Assembly: GCA_013239625.1 (NCBI GenBank)
Contig: MU054187.1
Location: forward strand, 12,069,325-12,133,324
Source: Lama guanicoe
Taxonomy: Eukaryota
Length of the DNA stretch: 64,000 bases
Direction of reading: 5' to 3'
In this document: positions 35,690 through 48,550 of the stretch, piece by piece
Position numbering within the stretch: the stretch's first letter is position 1
How the letters are laid out: every line of letters starts with the position of its first letter
Notes under the pieces: model-generated
Database searches by the model: none
What the model was told of the DNA's origin: nothing
Seen by the model: the letters and a program-made list of their open reading frames with translations, nothing else
Translations under genes and position numbers: made by a program

Positions 35690-35895
35690 ACCCAACAGGA
35701 CCTTCTGCAGTGATGGAAATGATCTATATCTGTGCTATTCAATATGGTGGTCACCAGCCACCAAGAGTGGGGCTGTTGAGCACCTGGAATGTTGCCGGTG
35801 CAACCAAGCTACTAAACGTTCAATTTTACCTCAGTTTTATTAAATTAAACAGCCACAAATGGTTAATGGCTAACTATACATTAGGTAGCACAGAT
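35690..35895. mobile_element. MER3-like hAT DNA transposon remnant
   Basis: TTCTGCAGTGATGGAAATGATCTATATCTGTGCT..CAATATGG..CACCAGCCAC. Confidence 0.65.
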
Positions 35896-36350
35896 GTATT
35901 ATCACCAAAATAGTACGTGAAGTGTTTTGGTATTTTTTAAAAACACGGTCAAAATGTTGTTTCTAGCCCTGCAACCCCTAACCAAATATTTGTCTCTTCA
36001 TTCTTGTAACTCATTATTCTGTATAACGAAGATTAGACGCCACTTCAGCTATATTGTTCTGGAAACTCAGATCAGCGGCGTTTGAGTCTATGCTCTGAAA
36101 TACTACATGATCATGTCTGCTTTCATCAGGCTCCTGTAAATTTAGGGTCTATTTCATCATACACCCCCGAATGCCCATTGGCAATAGGAAGTTGTATCTG
36201 ACCATTGTAAGCAAACATGAGTATATCTGGGATTGGAAATGGGAACTGGGCTGACAATGAACTAATTTACCAAGACCTCATCATAAGACAGGCTTTATGC
36301 TCCAAATTCTTATCCATGGATACCCAAACAGGGCTCAAGACAGATCTTTT

Positions 36351-36477
36351 CTTTTTGTGTGTGTGTGTGGGGTAATTAGGTTTATTTCTTTCTTTCTTAG
36401 TGGAGGTACTGGGGATTGAACCCAGGACCCCGTGCATGTTAAGCACAGGCACTCCACCACTGAGCTATGCCCTCCCG
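36351..36477 (-). mobile_element. tRNA-derived SINE (Vic-1-like), about 65 bp from the PRDM14 exon 7 donor
   Basis: TSD CTCAAGACAGATCTTTT at 36334 and 36478. Confidence 0.88.
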
Positions 36478-36543
36478 CTCAAGACAGATCTTTTAAAAGA
36501 AAGTTCCATTTAAAACACTTAAAAAAGAGAAGGCTTCATTTAC

Positions 36544-36645
36544 CTTTGTACAGTACACACAGTGGTAGGGTCTGTCTCCAGAATGGACTCTTATGTGTTT
36601 GTTTAGGCTTGAAGATTGAGAGAAACATTTCCCACACGTAGAACA
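36544..36645 (-). CDS. PRDM14: PRDM14 exon 7 (zinc finger)
   Basis: Read manually: [34 protein letters not shown]; ccttAG acceptor, AAG|GTAAAT donor. Confidence 0.96.
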
Positions 36646-37685
36646 CTAAGGCAAAAAAGAAAAACAGAGCTGAAATCACACCTGCCCTTAGCAAGTTAAC
36701 GTCCCCATTCTGTTCACCTGGGGGAGACTGTGTTTCTTCTGTGTGCATCTGCAGGCAGAGGATAGAGCAGACCCAGGCTGAGGGGCTGGTAGGCAGGAGA
36801 AAGCCCGCCCAGGACTGCAGAGAAGGCTCCAGCAGCTCGGGCTCTGCTCCAGAGCCTTCTCCATGCTGTGACTTCAGGCAATTCATCTGAAGTCTTGGGA
36901 TGTTAGCTGCTTCAGGTGTGAAACATGGGCGCTGGACAGGATCACGGTGATAACAAGGGGCCTGAATTTGTCCTGCTCTGTCAACAAATAGCTGTGTGAC
37001 CAGAACAAATCAGTTAAACTTGGGACTCTTTGTTTCCCGATCTTCCTCATGGGCAAAATACCTGCTCTGCCTTCCTCACAAGGCTGGAAGTGAACTGCAA
37101 GCCCCTAGCAATTTACTCAAGTATTCATGGAGAACCTACTATGTGCTCAACACTCTGCTAGAGACAAGGAGAGAAACCTAGTAGGGTGGGGACAAATATA
37201 TAGACCAACATGGTGATGCAGGTGACAGGTGATTCAGGACATGTACCTATAAAAAAAGGGTAACATTTTGGAGGTCCAGTGAGAGGCGGTGGTAGAGTCA
37301 CTTGCTGTAAACAGTTCAAGTCATTTCTCTGTGCTCTTGACCCTGAAGACTCCTATTGGATCTTTTCAGGAATTCTGAGCCAGATAAAGGAAACTATGGT
37401 GTTTCCATGCCCTGCTCCCCAGGTGTGTTAATGGGCACAAATGGGAGACTGGGTCTTTTTGGATGGTGGGAATTTGGGGTGAATATAAAAGTCTCCTTTA
37501 ATTCTTCTCTACTACTTGAAGTTTTAATAATGAGCGTGTATTATCATTACTAAAGCAAAAAAAGTCAGATGTTGAGTTAATATTGGAAAAAGAACAGCTC
37601 AATTATAAAAGAGAAGCAATCAGAACATGAAAACTGTTATTGGAAATTAAAAATGAACAACAACAAAAGTATAGATAGAAATGCT

Positions 37686-37808
37686 GGGGGAAGGAAATAG
37701 CTCAGTGGTAGAGTATGTGCTTAGCATGCACAAGGTCCTGGGTTCAATCCCCCTTACCTCCATTAAAAATAAATATATAAACCTAATTACTCCCCTGCCA
37801 AAAAAAAA
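37686..37808 (+). mobile_element. tRNA-derived SINE (Vic-1-like)
   Basis: ATAGCTCAGTGGTAGAG...GGTCCTGGGTTCAATCCCC...AACCTAATTAC. Confidence 0.85.
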
Positions 37809-39242
37809 TTTTTTTTACTGCTGTGTATATTATGAACTCAGCTGACTGCTAAAGACTGAATACATGACGTAAAAAATAAGATTGGGGAATTCTCAGAGAA
37901 CGCTAATAAAAAAAATCAAAAGTTAAGCACAGGGAGGTAGATTCAACTTAACATCTGGCCAAAAGGAATTTCAGGAGAGAATAAAGGTCTGGAAGGCAGA
38001 TAAAAACAAAGGAAAGAACAAGAAAATTCCTTTGAGCTGAGGAATTGTATCTTCAGGTGGAAAGAATATTTTGCCTTCCACTGATTACAAAGCAGGGGAA
38101 AAAAAAAGAAAAAGAAAATGACATCTAATTTAACACATTCTATTAAAATTTCAGAACTCTGAAGATAAAGAACAATTTTCCCAAAGCAGAAAACTGACTA
38201 CAAAGAAACAAGAACCAAATTAGCATCAAATGATAGAAGAAAATGAAGTGATGTTTTGAAAATTCTAAGGGAAAATTATTTCTATCTGAAATTCTATATC
38301 CAGCCAAATTATCAAAGATGTATGTAAGTAAAGTACCCTCAGACAAAGGACTCAGAAAATTTTTCACTATGCATCCTAAAAGATGATTCCTTGAAGGTAA
38401 AACAGGGTTTTTCACCGTTGGTTGTACACCCAGCATCTTTGAATATTTTAAATCAGTAATTTTTTCTCTTTCAGAAACTGGGACTTGTGAATCATTTCTC
38501 TGAAGTTCTGCATGTCTGTTTTACTTGAGCTTCTTTTTTTCAAATTAAATCAAATGTTTTCTTTGGGGCTCCAGCAGAAATTAAATATATTTTATCTTCT
38601 TGAAAGTTAAGTACTCAAACTAAAGTATATGAAATAAAGAAAACTAAAAGAGAATTAAAAAGGTTAAGCAGTAAAGATAAGAAAAGAGAAAAACCTCAAC
38701 CCTCTGAAGGTGCGGTCGGTGCCCTGGGAAATTCAGGCTGAGATGTTGCCAGACCAGCTCAAGCTCCAGCTCAGGACAGAATTCCTGCCAGAGTTGCAAC
38801 CCAATGGGACATGGTATTTACAGTCATAAGGGGCCAGTCCACTCAGGACTCAGGGAGACTCTGCAAAGAGAAGATACTAAAGAACTCTTGGAACACAGAG
38901 TATAAGAGGACCCAGCCTTTTAAAACTACTCTCCCTCCACTCTCCCCTAAAAACAACTCCTCTCTTGAAGTCCGAGTCATTTCACGTCACTACTTCCAGT
39001 TTCCAACCCTTCTCCATCATTCCTGTCACCTCTCAACTTCCTGGTCTACAGCCCCCCAGGAACCCACAGTTCCTCTCCTCGAACTCCAAACCAAGACCCA
39101 CCATTGTCCACGCTGTTTAGGCAAATGATCCAAATAACATCCTAGAAGACATTTCTTGACCTGACTCAAGACACCCCTTTTCTGTATTCCACTTTTATCA
39201 AAAACCAAAGCAAAACGAAAACTAATCTTGTAGCTTCTGATA

Positions 39243-39350
39243 TTTTTTTTGGTGTGGCAGGGTGGTAATTAGGTATTTATTTATTTCTAGAGGAGGTGCT
39301 GGGAATTGAACCCAGGATCTTGTGCATGCTAAGCACCAGGCGTTGTATCC
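39243..39350 (-). mobile_element. tRNA-derived SINE (Vic-1-like), next to a (TG)n tract
   Basis: GGTAATTAGG...AATTGAACCCAGGATC. Confidence 0.8.
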
Positions 39351-39440
39351 TAGCAACTCGCACCAGGAGGCTGTGTGTGTGTGTGTGTGTGTGTCCGTGT
39401 CCGTGTCTGTGTGCGCGCTCTTTGCTGCTCTGATTCCTAC

Positions 39441-39643
39441 CTTGTGAGGCCGGTGCTTCTCATGAACATGAAGGATGTGGATCCGGAGCCGGTCTCTCTT
39501 CTCAAAGGATCGTTTGCACAAGGAACAGGGAAATTTCCTGTCACCCTTGTCCACGCACGGGGTATACTTGAGGTGCTTGTCTCTGTAATACTTGTAGGTA
39601 AATACTTTGCCGCACCGCTCACATCTGTAACCTTCCGTAGACT
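39441..39643 (-). CDS. PRDM14: PRDM14 exon 6 (zinc fingers)
   Basis: ESTEGYRCERCGKVFTYKYYRDKHLKYTPCVDKGDRKFPCSLCKRSFEKRDRLRIHILHVHEKHRPHK; ttcacAG acceptor, AAG|GTAGGA donor. Confidence 0.97.
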
Positions 39644-42600
39644 CTGTGAAGCACAGGGAGGAGTGTCAGCTACCTTCCCTTATTTTTATTTTCAAGGCGA
39701 TTGTTAAAAAACCTTTTATTACAGGAAACTTAAAACACATACCAAAGTCAAAATAGTAGAATAAAACTGAAAAAGGGGAAAAAAATTAAAAAAGAATAAA
39801 CCCTCATATGTTCAAACACCAAGCTTTGACAATGACCATTTATGTCATTTCGCTCCGTAATGGATTCTTTTCATCATTTATCATTTGGTTCATAAACATC
39901 TCAAATGGTAATCTTGAAAAGATAATGAGATGTGCTTGTAAAAAAGCATAACCTTAATGCCGTTGCCATAAACAGTCAACCCTTATTCCTTAATAGAAAT
40001 ACATATATATTTACATATGCACACGTCTATTTGTTTAATTATAAACAGTTTGTCAGTTTGTTCAACGTAGGGTTCAACACCTACATTTTTTCCACGGTTG
40101 CTGTCTTTTCAATCTCTTCATCTATAGATTCTCCTTTTCTTTTGTTCCCTGAAATGTATTTGCTGAAGCAGCCCTTCCTCTAGCCCTATGTAAGAGCAGA
40201 GCAGGTCCACCCTACAGTTCTTGAACACACTCCTGACTGGCCTGTGTTACAAGGTTCATATCCCAAATACCTACTACATTTGCCCCTTTCAGATCAGCCT
40301 GAGCTACAAGTTCAAGGAAGTCCACCCAGGACCATGATGGCACCCACAGCTTCTCTCCAGGCTTCACAAGTTACTGTTTTATTTGACCCCACTGAAAGTT
40401 TTAGGCACCTTTTTAGCTTAGCCTAAAGGTCACTGCTCTGAACTTTTGGGGAAGACTCCAGAACTAGAATCTTTATGTATAGAGCAAGGATGACAATAAC
40501 TTGCCTTCCCAAATACATAGGGTTGTTGTGATGATTAATTTAATACTAACAGCAAGTTCTTACCTACAAGTGATACTGTCACTGAACGAGACAGGACTGA
40601 GAAAGGTAAATCTGTTTCAGTGGAGGGAGTGGGGGAGAGGTTAGAGAGGGTGCAGCCGACCCTAGCAAAGGAGGTGCCAGGTTCAGGGGTGTCTATGTGT
40701 TGAGGGGCAGGAAGAGGACCAGGGCCACCTACAAAAGCATCCCTGCTGAGGACACTCTGGATTCCAGGGGATAAAGTGGCTTTGACTGAATGCATCACTG
40801 GAACCTCATTGTCTGGCCCCAGGGAGGGAGAGAAGGACCAGGAGTATGTGCAAGTGTGTAGGTGGAAATCTTTTTAGTTAACAGCAGGACAGCAGGGAAG
40901 CCATCCATCGGGAGCTTTGTTAGTTGATAACTATGTCCCAGGCACTTTTAACAGGTGGCCATGAAAATAAATCATTTTATTAAGTAAATAGCCAGGAAAG
41001 CAACCACTGACCCCAGGACGATCCACTGCCCAGTTCCGTCTGCCGCTTTCATTGAGGTGCTAATGCTTTTGGAATCCCCCTGTTGGGATGGTTTTTGCTT
41101 GGAGCTAGAATTTTCATTGGTTAGAAATACCTGGCCTTCCTGCTTCCTGGGGAGAGAGGGGGGTCTACAACACTGGGTCAGCAATCTTTACAAATCAAAG
41201 CACAAAAGCACACCAGAATTCAGAATGACGGCTCAACAGTAAATCTGCATAAGAACCACCACCGAGGCAGGAACTACACACAGCACCCTCACTAATTAGG
41301 CTTCAGCTGCCTGTTTTCTGCTCAAGTCTTTGGAAATTTATCTTAACCAAATTTTATCCTGTTTCCTTTCTTCCTCCCTCCCTCCCATCTCAATCTTTTT
41401 AGCCCAGGGCTTCTCAATACTGAAAATGAAGCTTTCTGCCCCACCACAAACACACCATTCAGAGTTTGGTAAGAGCCACGTTCACATTCCACACCTCCAG
41501 CCCCCAAAACACACATTCCTCAGGCTTGCAAACTCAAATAACCCGCCCACATAGGGCCCAGGCCCTTCCCTCCCAATCAAGACCATAAAGGAGGCTCCCA
41601 TCAAATGTCACCAAAAGCCTTTGGGGGAAAAAAAAAGGCCTTTCTTTTGTGAGGACAGAGGAATTTTGATTTTTCTTTCCTTTTTATCCTCTCCCAAAAT
41701 GTTCCTATTAACAGAAAACAAATGAATTCATCCATTAGTCTTCCCAACAAATTAAGTTGTTTACAAGTTCTCTGCTACAAATTAGCCTAAATACGTACCC
41801 CCGTTAACAGAGCCAATATGCACTGAACGTGGTTTAGAAGTGGAGCCCACGTAACCAACCGCTGGCGGGGGATTTTTTCCACTTATCATTAAAAGCCCTC
41901 ATCCCTGTTACTTATGATTGTGATCTCTGCATTATTCTATGTTAATATATCATCATTTACCTAATAATTATTCTACTATTGGGCATTTAGGTTGTTCGTG
42001 ATTTTTCCCTAATATAGATTACGCTGTTTTAAAAATCCTTGTGGACAAAGCTTTTCCTTTTGGACTATTTCCTGAAGATAAATTTCCAAAAAAAGTATTA
42101 CTGATACACTGAAGGTCATGATCATTTTAATAGCTCTGATACATAGTGTTAAATAATTTTTCAAAAGGATAATGATTGTATTTTGTGAGTTATTAAGCAT
42201 GATAATAAGCATTTTTCTCAAATCTATTTTTCACTTTTATTTCAAAAGCGATTGCTACATTTTTGGAAGTGACCAAAAAGACTTACTTGGCTTGGTGCTA
42301 AGTGTAAGCCAACTGTGAACCCCACGGACTCAAGAGAATCCTGCCATCTCAGCCCCACCACCATCCCATCCCACCCACATGTTGGGGCGGTGGGATGACA
42401 GTTCACCAGAACAATTAGACAGGCCCTCATAATTTGGCCTCTGGAAACAGACTGTTCACTATTCACCTAACCCCGGGTGAACCCATCCTTGCCTTTGGCT
42501 TCACTATTCCCAGAGCCTGGACTGCCTTCCCTCTCCCTGCCTAACGTATCTCTTATTTCATCTCAGCCTTAAGCAGCTTCTTCCAGTTTAGTTGCAATGT

Positions 42601-42847
42601 CTTTCTCCATTCAATACACATGGGGAGCCAGGAACAGGGGACATTAAGGGGTTCAGGGTTGTCTCCTGCCCTGTGGGTCTCTAGCAGGGAGACATGCATG
42701 TAGACCATCACTGCAGTGTGTGATGAAATGCAATTCACATTTTCCTTTACATGCTACTTATGACATTTGTTATAACCTAATGAAGTGGTCTTCGATCTGA
42801 TTACACATATTACAGTGATTTGCATTTGTCTTGTCCCAACTTGGAGA

Positions 42848-43100
42848 CCAGTGGTTCCCAAGCTTTTGTGGATATTATAAAATCAATCGCTCAGAGAGCT
42901 TTTTTAAAATGCAAATTCCAGAGGCTCATTCCCAGGGAGTGGGTTGGTGGTCCTCTAGCTCCCTGCTACTAAGATATGGTCCAGGGACCAGCAGCATCCC
43001 CTGGAAGCTTGATAAAAATGCAGACTCTCAGGTTCCAACCTTGAATGAGAATCTGCATCTTCCCAAGATCCCCAGGTATTCCAAGCCACATAAAACTTGA
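42848..43100. mobile_element. MER5-like DNA transposon remnants
   Basis: CAGTGGTTCCCAA..., GGGACCAGCAGCATC..., AAAATGCAGACTCTCAGG, GAATCTGCAT; a related fragment lies at about 30363-30495. Confidence 0.65.
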
Positions 43101-43745
43101 GAGTGAAGGTCTAGCTCTATGCTTCTGAAAGCTGACTGAAGAAATACATTTTCTGTTTGAGACCCAGCACACCCATATCCATTTGAAACAAAAATATCAT
43201 CATCAAACGACACTTACTTAAGCTCTGAGATTCACATCAATATCTTCTATTCTATTTTATTATTTGTTTTTTCTCTCTTCTTCAATGCTGGTCTCTACCA
43301 CCAAATCGATTTCCCAACCCATTAAGATATCGCAACCCTCCACTCTAAAAACACTGCTCCAAAGCTTTGACTTCATGGGCTGTGTAAGCCTCAGCAGAGA
43401 TGCAGCAGAATCTGGCTCACCTAAGGCAGAGGCTGCATCTGTCTAAATCACTTGTATTTTATTCTCTGAGAGGGGTCGGGGGTAAAAGGAAAGGTATTGT
43501 CATGAACAGAAGTAGCTTCAGCATCTGGATTTCCTCAGCTTTGGAAAGATGAGGGCATCTTCCTCCAGCTGGGTGAGAGGCCTGCCTGGTTAGAGACACT
43601 CTCCGGTTTTGTCACCTGCACTGGCCTTTGTTGGGGAAGAAACTCCACAAGCAAGTGGAGAAGCTGCAGGAACATTGTGCTGGGGAAAGAACTCAGTCCT
43701 TCCACTAAGAGGGCCTCACTGGGTGAGGCAAAGGCGTGCACTCAC

Positions 43746-44016
43746 CTTCAGAGGGCTCGGACGCCTGCTTCCCCTGCTTTATGACCTGCAGGCTCACAGG
43801 AATGTCCAGAAACTTCTCATAGCAGTCTCCGTACCACACCAAGAGCTCTTGGTTCTGGTGGATCTCCTTGCAGCTTTCGTAAAATATCTGCCCTTGACAC
43901 TGCACTGCAACTAGGTTCTGCTCTGTGGGGAAACGGGCACAGTTGACGTAGGACATCCAGTTCCCCGCACCTCCTTTTCCATCAATAAAGTGGCTCAAAT
44001 GACCATCTTCAAAGAT
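43746..44016 (-). CDS. PRDM14: PRDM14 exon 5 (PR/SET domain)
   Basis: IFEDGHLSHFIDGKGGAGNWMSYVNCARFPTEQNLVAVQ...ELLVWYGDCYEKFLDIP; tttAG acceptor, G|GTGAG donor. Confidence 0.97.
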
Positions 44017-45217
44017 CTAAACGAAATAAAACACAAAGTTTGGAATGAATATATTTTTGGTCTGACCTATAAAATCAACTTTACTTATTAAAATTTTATA
44101 ATTCTTTAAAAAAATTTTTGTTTATTTTTAAAATTGAAGTATAGTCAGTTTACAATGTTGTGTCAATTTCTGGTATACAGCATAATGTTTCAGTCATACC
44201 ATACATATTCCTTTTCATGTTCTTTTTTGTTACAGGTTACTACAAGATATTGAATATAGTTCCCTGTGCTAAACAGTAAAAATTTATAATACAAATCTCA
44301 CACTTGACCCACTAAATATATTTATTATTAATATTACTAAGCCTAAATACATTTATTAACTTAAGAATATCTCTGCAGGTGATACGATATTTTTAAAAGA
44401 TTCTTACTTTTATCACTTTCTTGATTTCCAAATTTCTAAGCGGATTTTAAATTTCACAAACACAGGTAAAGGAAACAAGAAGTTACATTTAATTCCACCA
44501 CTTAAAGACAACTGATTAGTTTTGTATTTTATCCCAACTTAGTTTTCATGTGTATTGATGGAGCCATAATTAAAAAAAAATTCAGTTATTTGTTATTTCT
44601 TAATTTTAATTTTGATGGAGCCATAATTTAATTCTTTCTCTGCTGTTGGTAATTCTACCATCACCAATGTTCTCTTATTACTAACAAACCTGTGAAGTCA
44701 GAATTTCAGATTGTTTTCCTAAACTATATTCCTCGAAGTAGAAATTCAGGGGGAGGGGGGCAATCTGATACATTCTGAAAAACTGCAGTTCTACCAGCAT
44801 GCCTCATGCACACTCAAGAGTATCAGTTTTTAAAAATCCTCAATATCAAAAATTTTAAATCTGGTTTTCATCCCTTTGATATATTCTTAGCATCACTCTA
44901 ATATTTAAAGCATTTGGTTTTGTCTATAAATGTAACCCAATGTGTTAATTGTTTAAATGTATATTATGGCTCATCTTCAGATGAAAATGCCTTAAGGCAC
45001 CGCAGAATTCCTGGAATCCATGCAGAGGTGCTATCCTCCCCTGGGCTGGTCGTCTGCTTTTCCTTCCTTTTATATTGCAAAACAGGCAGCATAGTCAGCA
45101 GATTGCTGCCCAGAGTGTCCCCTCTCTTACGCCCAGACTCTCCCAGAGGAGCAGAGAAGGTTTTTCCCCACGCGCCTCCCTCCCCACTTTCCGCCAACCC
45201 ACCAGAAACACATTTAC

Positions 45218-45375
45218 CTCCCACATCAGAGAATTGTCTCCATACGTCTTGACCTCGCTGGCGTTGACCACTTTGCCCTGAAAGGGCCCAAACCTGACTC
45301 CTTTGGCAATCAGACTACTGCAGAACACACCGAAATGTGCGACTTCACCAAACATGGTCTGCTGGAGGCAGAGAC
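45218..45375 (-). CDS. PRDM14: PRDM14 exon 4 (start of PR/SET domain)
   Basis: GLCLQQTMFGEVAHFGVFCSSLIAKGVRFGPFQGKVVNASEVKTYGDNSLMWE; cctAG acceptor, GAG|GTAAAT donor. Confidence 0.96.
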
Positions 45376-45470
45376 CTAGGGCGAGCCCAGGGAAGGAAAG
45401 AAAGCCAGTGAGGAGACTGCCTGCATTTATTTGTTTGGGAAAAGAGAAGCAAGCCAGGAGCCCTACCTAC

Positions 45471-45524
45471 CTTCTGGCAGCTGAAGGGAGTCGCTATCCA
45501 GAGTCTGAGGAAGAGAATCAGACC
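45471..45524 (-). CDS. PRDM14: PRDM14 exon 3 (54 bp, GSDSLPQTLDSDSLQLPE)
   Basis: Read manually on the minus strand; ttattctAG acceptor, G|GTAGGT donor; phase 1-1 fits the flanking exons. Confidence 0.93.
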
Positions 45525-46137
45525 CTAGAATAAGACAGGGTTAAATTTTTATTTTTTGATAAAATGTACTATGAAATGCTTTCATCCAGCAGTTTCCTCC
45601 TCACTCCCCAGAGCTCACCATTACCCTGCATTTGATGTTTACCTATCCTTTCTATTTTTCCTGCTCCTTTTGCATATACAATTTCTCGTTTGAGACTCAG
45701 GACAATCCTAGTTGGTTCTGTTGTAAATTAACTCCTTTTGCAAATTTAAGTACCTCGAGAATCAGAGATAATACTGATTTTGTCGAAGGTCAGATGGCTG
45801 AGCTGAGACTCCCATTGTGAACTGCCTGAGGCTCTCTCATTGACATACCTGGTACATCCTGGTCGAATCCGAGCCCGCCCAATAAGCCCACTTCATGGCC
45901 CATTTCTCTCCTCACCCTACTTCTCACAAAACTACCAGGAGCCATGCAGTTATGCAAATAGGGCCTCGGGGGTGAGCCCCGCCATCCCAGGTACATCCTT
46001 TGATGGAAGCACATACACTCCCCTTCAGTACTTGCACAGCCTCAGATCCACTTAAAGTGCCCCTTTCCCCTCCTGTCCCCAGCTCAATTTCCATCCGACC
46101 CTACACCCAACTCCTGGATCACGAGGACTGCCTTTAC

Positions 46138-46837
46138 CAGAGCTGTCTGCGGGGACCAGGAGGCCCGAAATCGCATGGTGCAGGCGGGCTGAGGGCTGAG
46201 GGCTGGGAATGACCCCGTATAGAACTAAGTCCAGGTCTTCCAGGCTGAAGTGGTAACGGTGAGATGCCTTCCCCTCTTGGTTCACGAGTTTGGGGCCATC
46301 CTCAGAGCCCTCGCTGCGAGAGCAAGATAACAGCTGGGAGGTCTTCGGCCTCTCAGGCAACAGGGAAGCATCCGCAGGGGGCGGCGGAATTAAACTTTCA
46401 GGTCGCCAGCACTGGCCACTGTCGCTACGGCCGCCAATGTGGCCCAAGTCTTCACTGGTGGCGCCCGTAAACTCGCGACCGCTGTTCAGAAAGTGCGGCA
46501 CCTCGCCGGGCAGGTGGGGAATGGGGTACCACGTCGGCAGCTTGCTGTACCAGGGCAGGTCGTAGAGCGGCTCCCTCTGCAGGGCCAGGCCGGGGCTCAG
46601 CAAGGAAGGCGCGGTCCGGAAGGCGAAGGGGGGCACAGCCGGGGACGCAGACAGGGCCTCCAGCGGCCGGAAAGGTTGGAAACCCTCCTCCGCAGCGGTT
46701 AGGGTGCTCCCGTAGGGGCCATAGCGCGGGAAAGGCGTGTAGTAGGCGGCCAGGTGTTGGGGGCTGCTCTGGAGCCTGTCGGGCGGGTAGCACACCTTGT
46801 CCAGGGCTCCGGCCTCACCTGGCGGCCGCAGAGCCAT
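46138..46837 (-). CDS. PRDM14: PRDM14 exon 2 coding part (ATG at 46837; Pro-rich N-terminus). Exon starts at 46861
   Basis: Translation MALRPPGEAGALDKVCYPP...LQREPLYDLPWYSKLP...HHAISGLLVPADSS matches the PRDM14 N-terminus as I recall it; acceptor ttttccgcAG before 46861, donor G|GTAAAG after 46138. Confidence 0.96.
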
Positions 46838-48351
46838 CCCCGGCCACAGCACGCGGCAGGTCTGCGGAAAAACAAGCGCGGCTGAGTGAGGGGCGCGGGC
46901 CGCTGAGGCCCGGCTCCTGCTGGCCTAGCATCCACCATCCGAGGCAGTCCCGGGTCGAAGGGAATTAGATAAACTTCTCACTTCGATCCCGCAAGCCCTA
47001 CCCCACAAACGAAACAAAAACAGAAATACAAACAAACATCCTCCCCACCCCCTCCACTCCCCCCAAAAAACCCAAACGAAAATCTGCCAGGATTCTGCCC
47101 GACTCCAAGTTCCTGGTAAGTGTTGCCTTGGCTTTCCCTCTCCAAACACTCCTTGACCAAGCACCGTGGTTTCCAACACCCGCTCTCTACATCCGGCCCA
47201 AACCCGGCTCCTACAAAATCCTTTCCAGCTCCCTCTTCCGCCCACTTCTCAGTCCAGAAAATCCTCTTTTGTAGGATGGGTCGCAGCCGCGGGGCCTTCC
47301 CACCCCAGGCGCTACTGGGTCCCTAGCAGGGAGGGGAGCCAAGAGCCCGGGTCGGATCGAGCAGAAGATGCGCCCCACCCCCCGCCCGGGGGCAGGTCCG
47401 GGGAGGCAGCCCCGCCGCGAGGCCGGGGTGTGACCTTATGGACTTAGGCGGTCCGAGCTAAGAGGAGGACGCCACCTTCGGCTCCCCTCCGAGCTCTGCA
47501 GCCATCTCCAGTTCCCCACGTGGGTTGAGTCCCGCCACATCTCCCAAGTCCCTGGGGAAACTTATTACCCCAACCATGGGCTTAGGGGACCTGGAGTTGC
47601 CTCTCGGGAGAAAGCGAGGATGAGCCCCAGGCCAGGCGGGAGAGAGCAGACTCCGGCTCCTGAGCCGCCGCGGCCCCCACCCCCGAAAGGATGGCGTTTT
47701 AATGGACAGAAGTTCACCAAGGCTGGGAGATGGAATCCCGCAGGGTCGGCGGGTCTTGAGGGGAAGATCAATGAGCCCAATAAGGAAACCAAGTAGGGTC
47801 GTGACTCAGAAATTAAAGAACACGGGGTCAGGAGAAGAGGTCAGCCACGACGAAGGCATCCGCCCCCGTCTCCTCCTGAGTCCCCAAAGGCACTCCGCTC
47901 CCGGCCTCCCCTCACCCCAAGGATCTGCGACCTGCGGTTGAAAGCTACTTAAGGAGTAAAAGCTCCGAGAGGGCAAAACGACCCCCCAAAACGAACTGCG
48001 CCAGCAACTGCCGCCTACGCTCTCCGGCCACCCCAGCGGACTATAGCCCGTGGCCACCGCCGCGCGCCCGGGTCCGCACCCACCTACAAGAGCGCAGCTG
48101 CTGAGCGGGCACCTCCGGGACGCAGAAGGGCGACGAAGGCTCCGGACCGGTAGGCTTCGGGAGGGCAGGGAGGGCTCAGCCTGGTTTAAAGAGGGTGGCG
48201 GGCGGGCGGGCGGGGCCGCGGGGCATAGAGAGCGTGAGGGTGGGGAAGGGACGCAGTCCACGCAGGTCCCCAGGTCTGTCTCCTCCCCGCCCACTGCCGC
48301 CATTGGCCGATGCTCGACTCGCCCTCGGTCCCCAGGGGGTCGCGCCCTTAC

Positions 48352-48550
48352 CTTCTCACTTTTCCAGACCCTCCCCAGGACCCCGACGGAGAGCGCTCGC
48401 CGCCCGCTATCTGGGGCGGGCACTATTGCTGTTCCAGGCTGGTGGGGTGGGGCAGCAAAAAGCCTAGGCGAAGTGTCGGGGTCACCAGGCAGGCCCCGTG
48501 CGCTCACGCCGACCCTGCACCCGCGCCGGTAAGGCCGGGACTTGCGTGCC
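48352..48550 (-). other. PRDM14: Probable non-coding exon 1 of PRDM14 (5' end not determinable)
   Basis: Strong donor AAG|GTAAGG after 48352 inside the CpG island; exon 2 has an acceptor 24 nt upstream of the ATG, so an upstream exon is needed. Confidence 0.6.
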
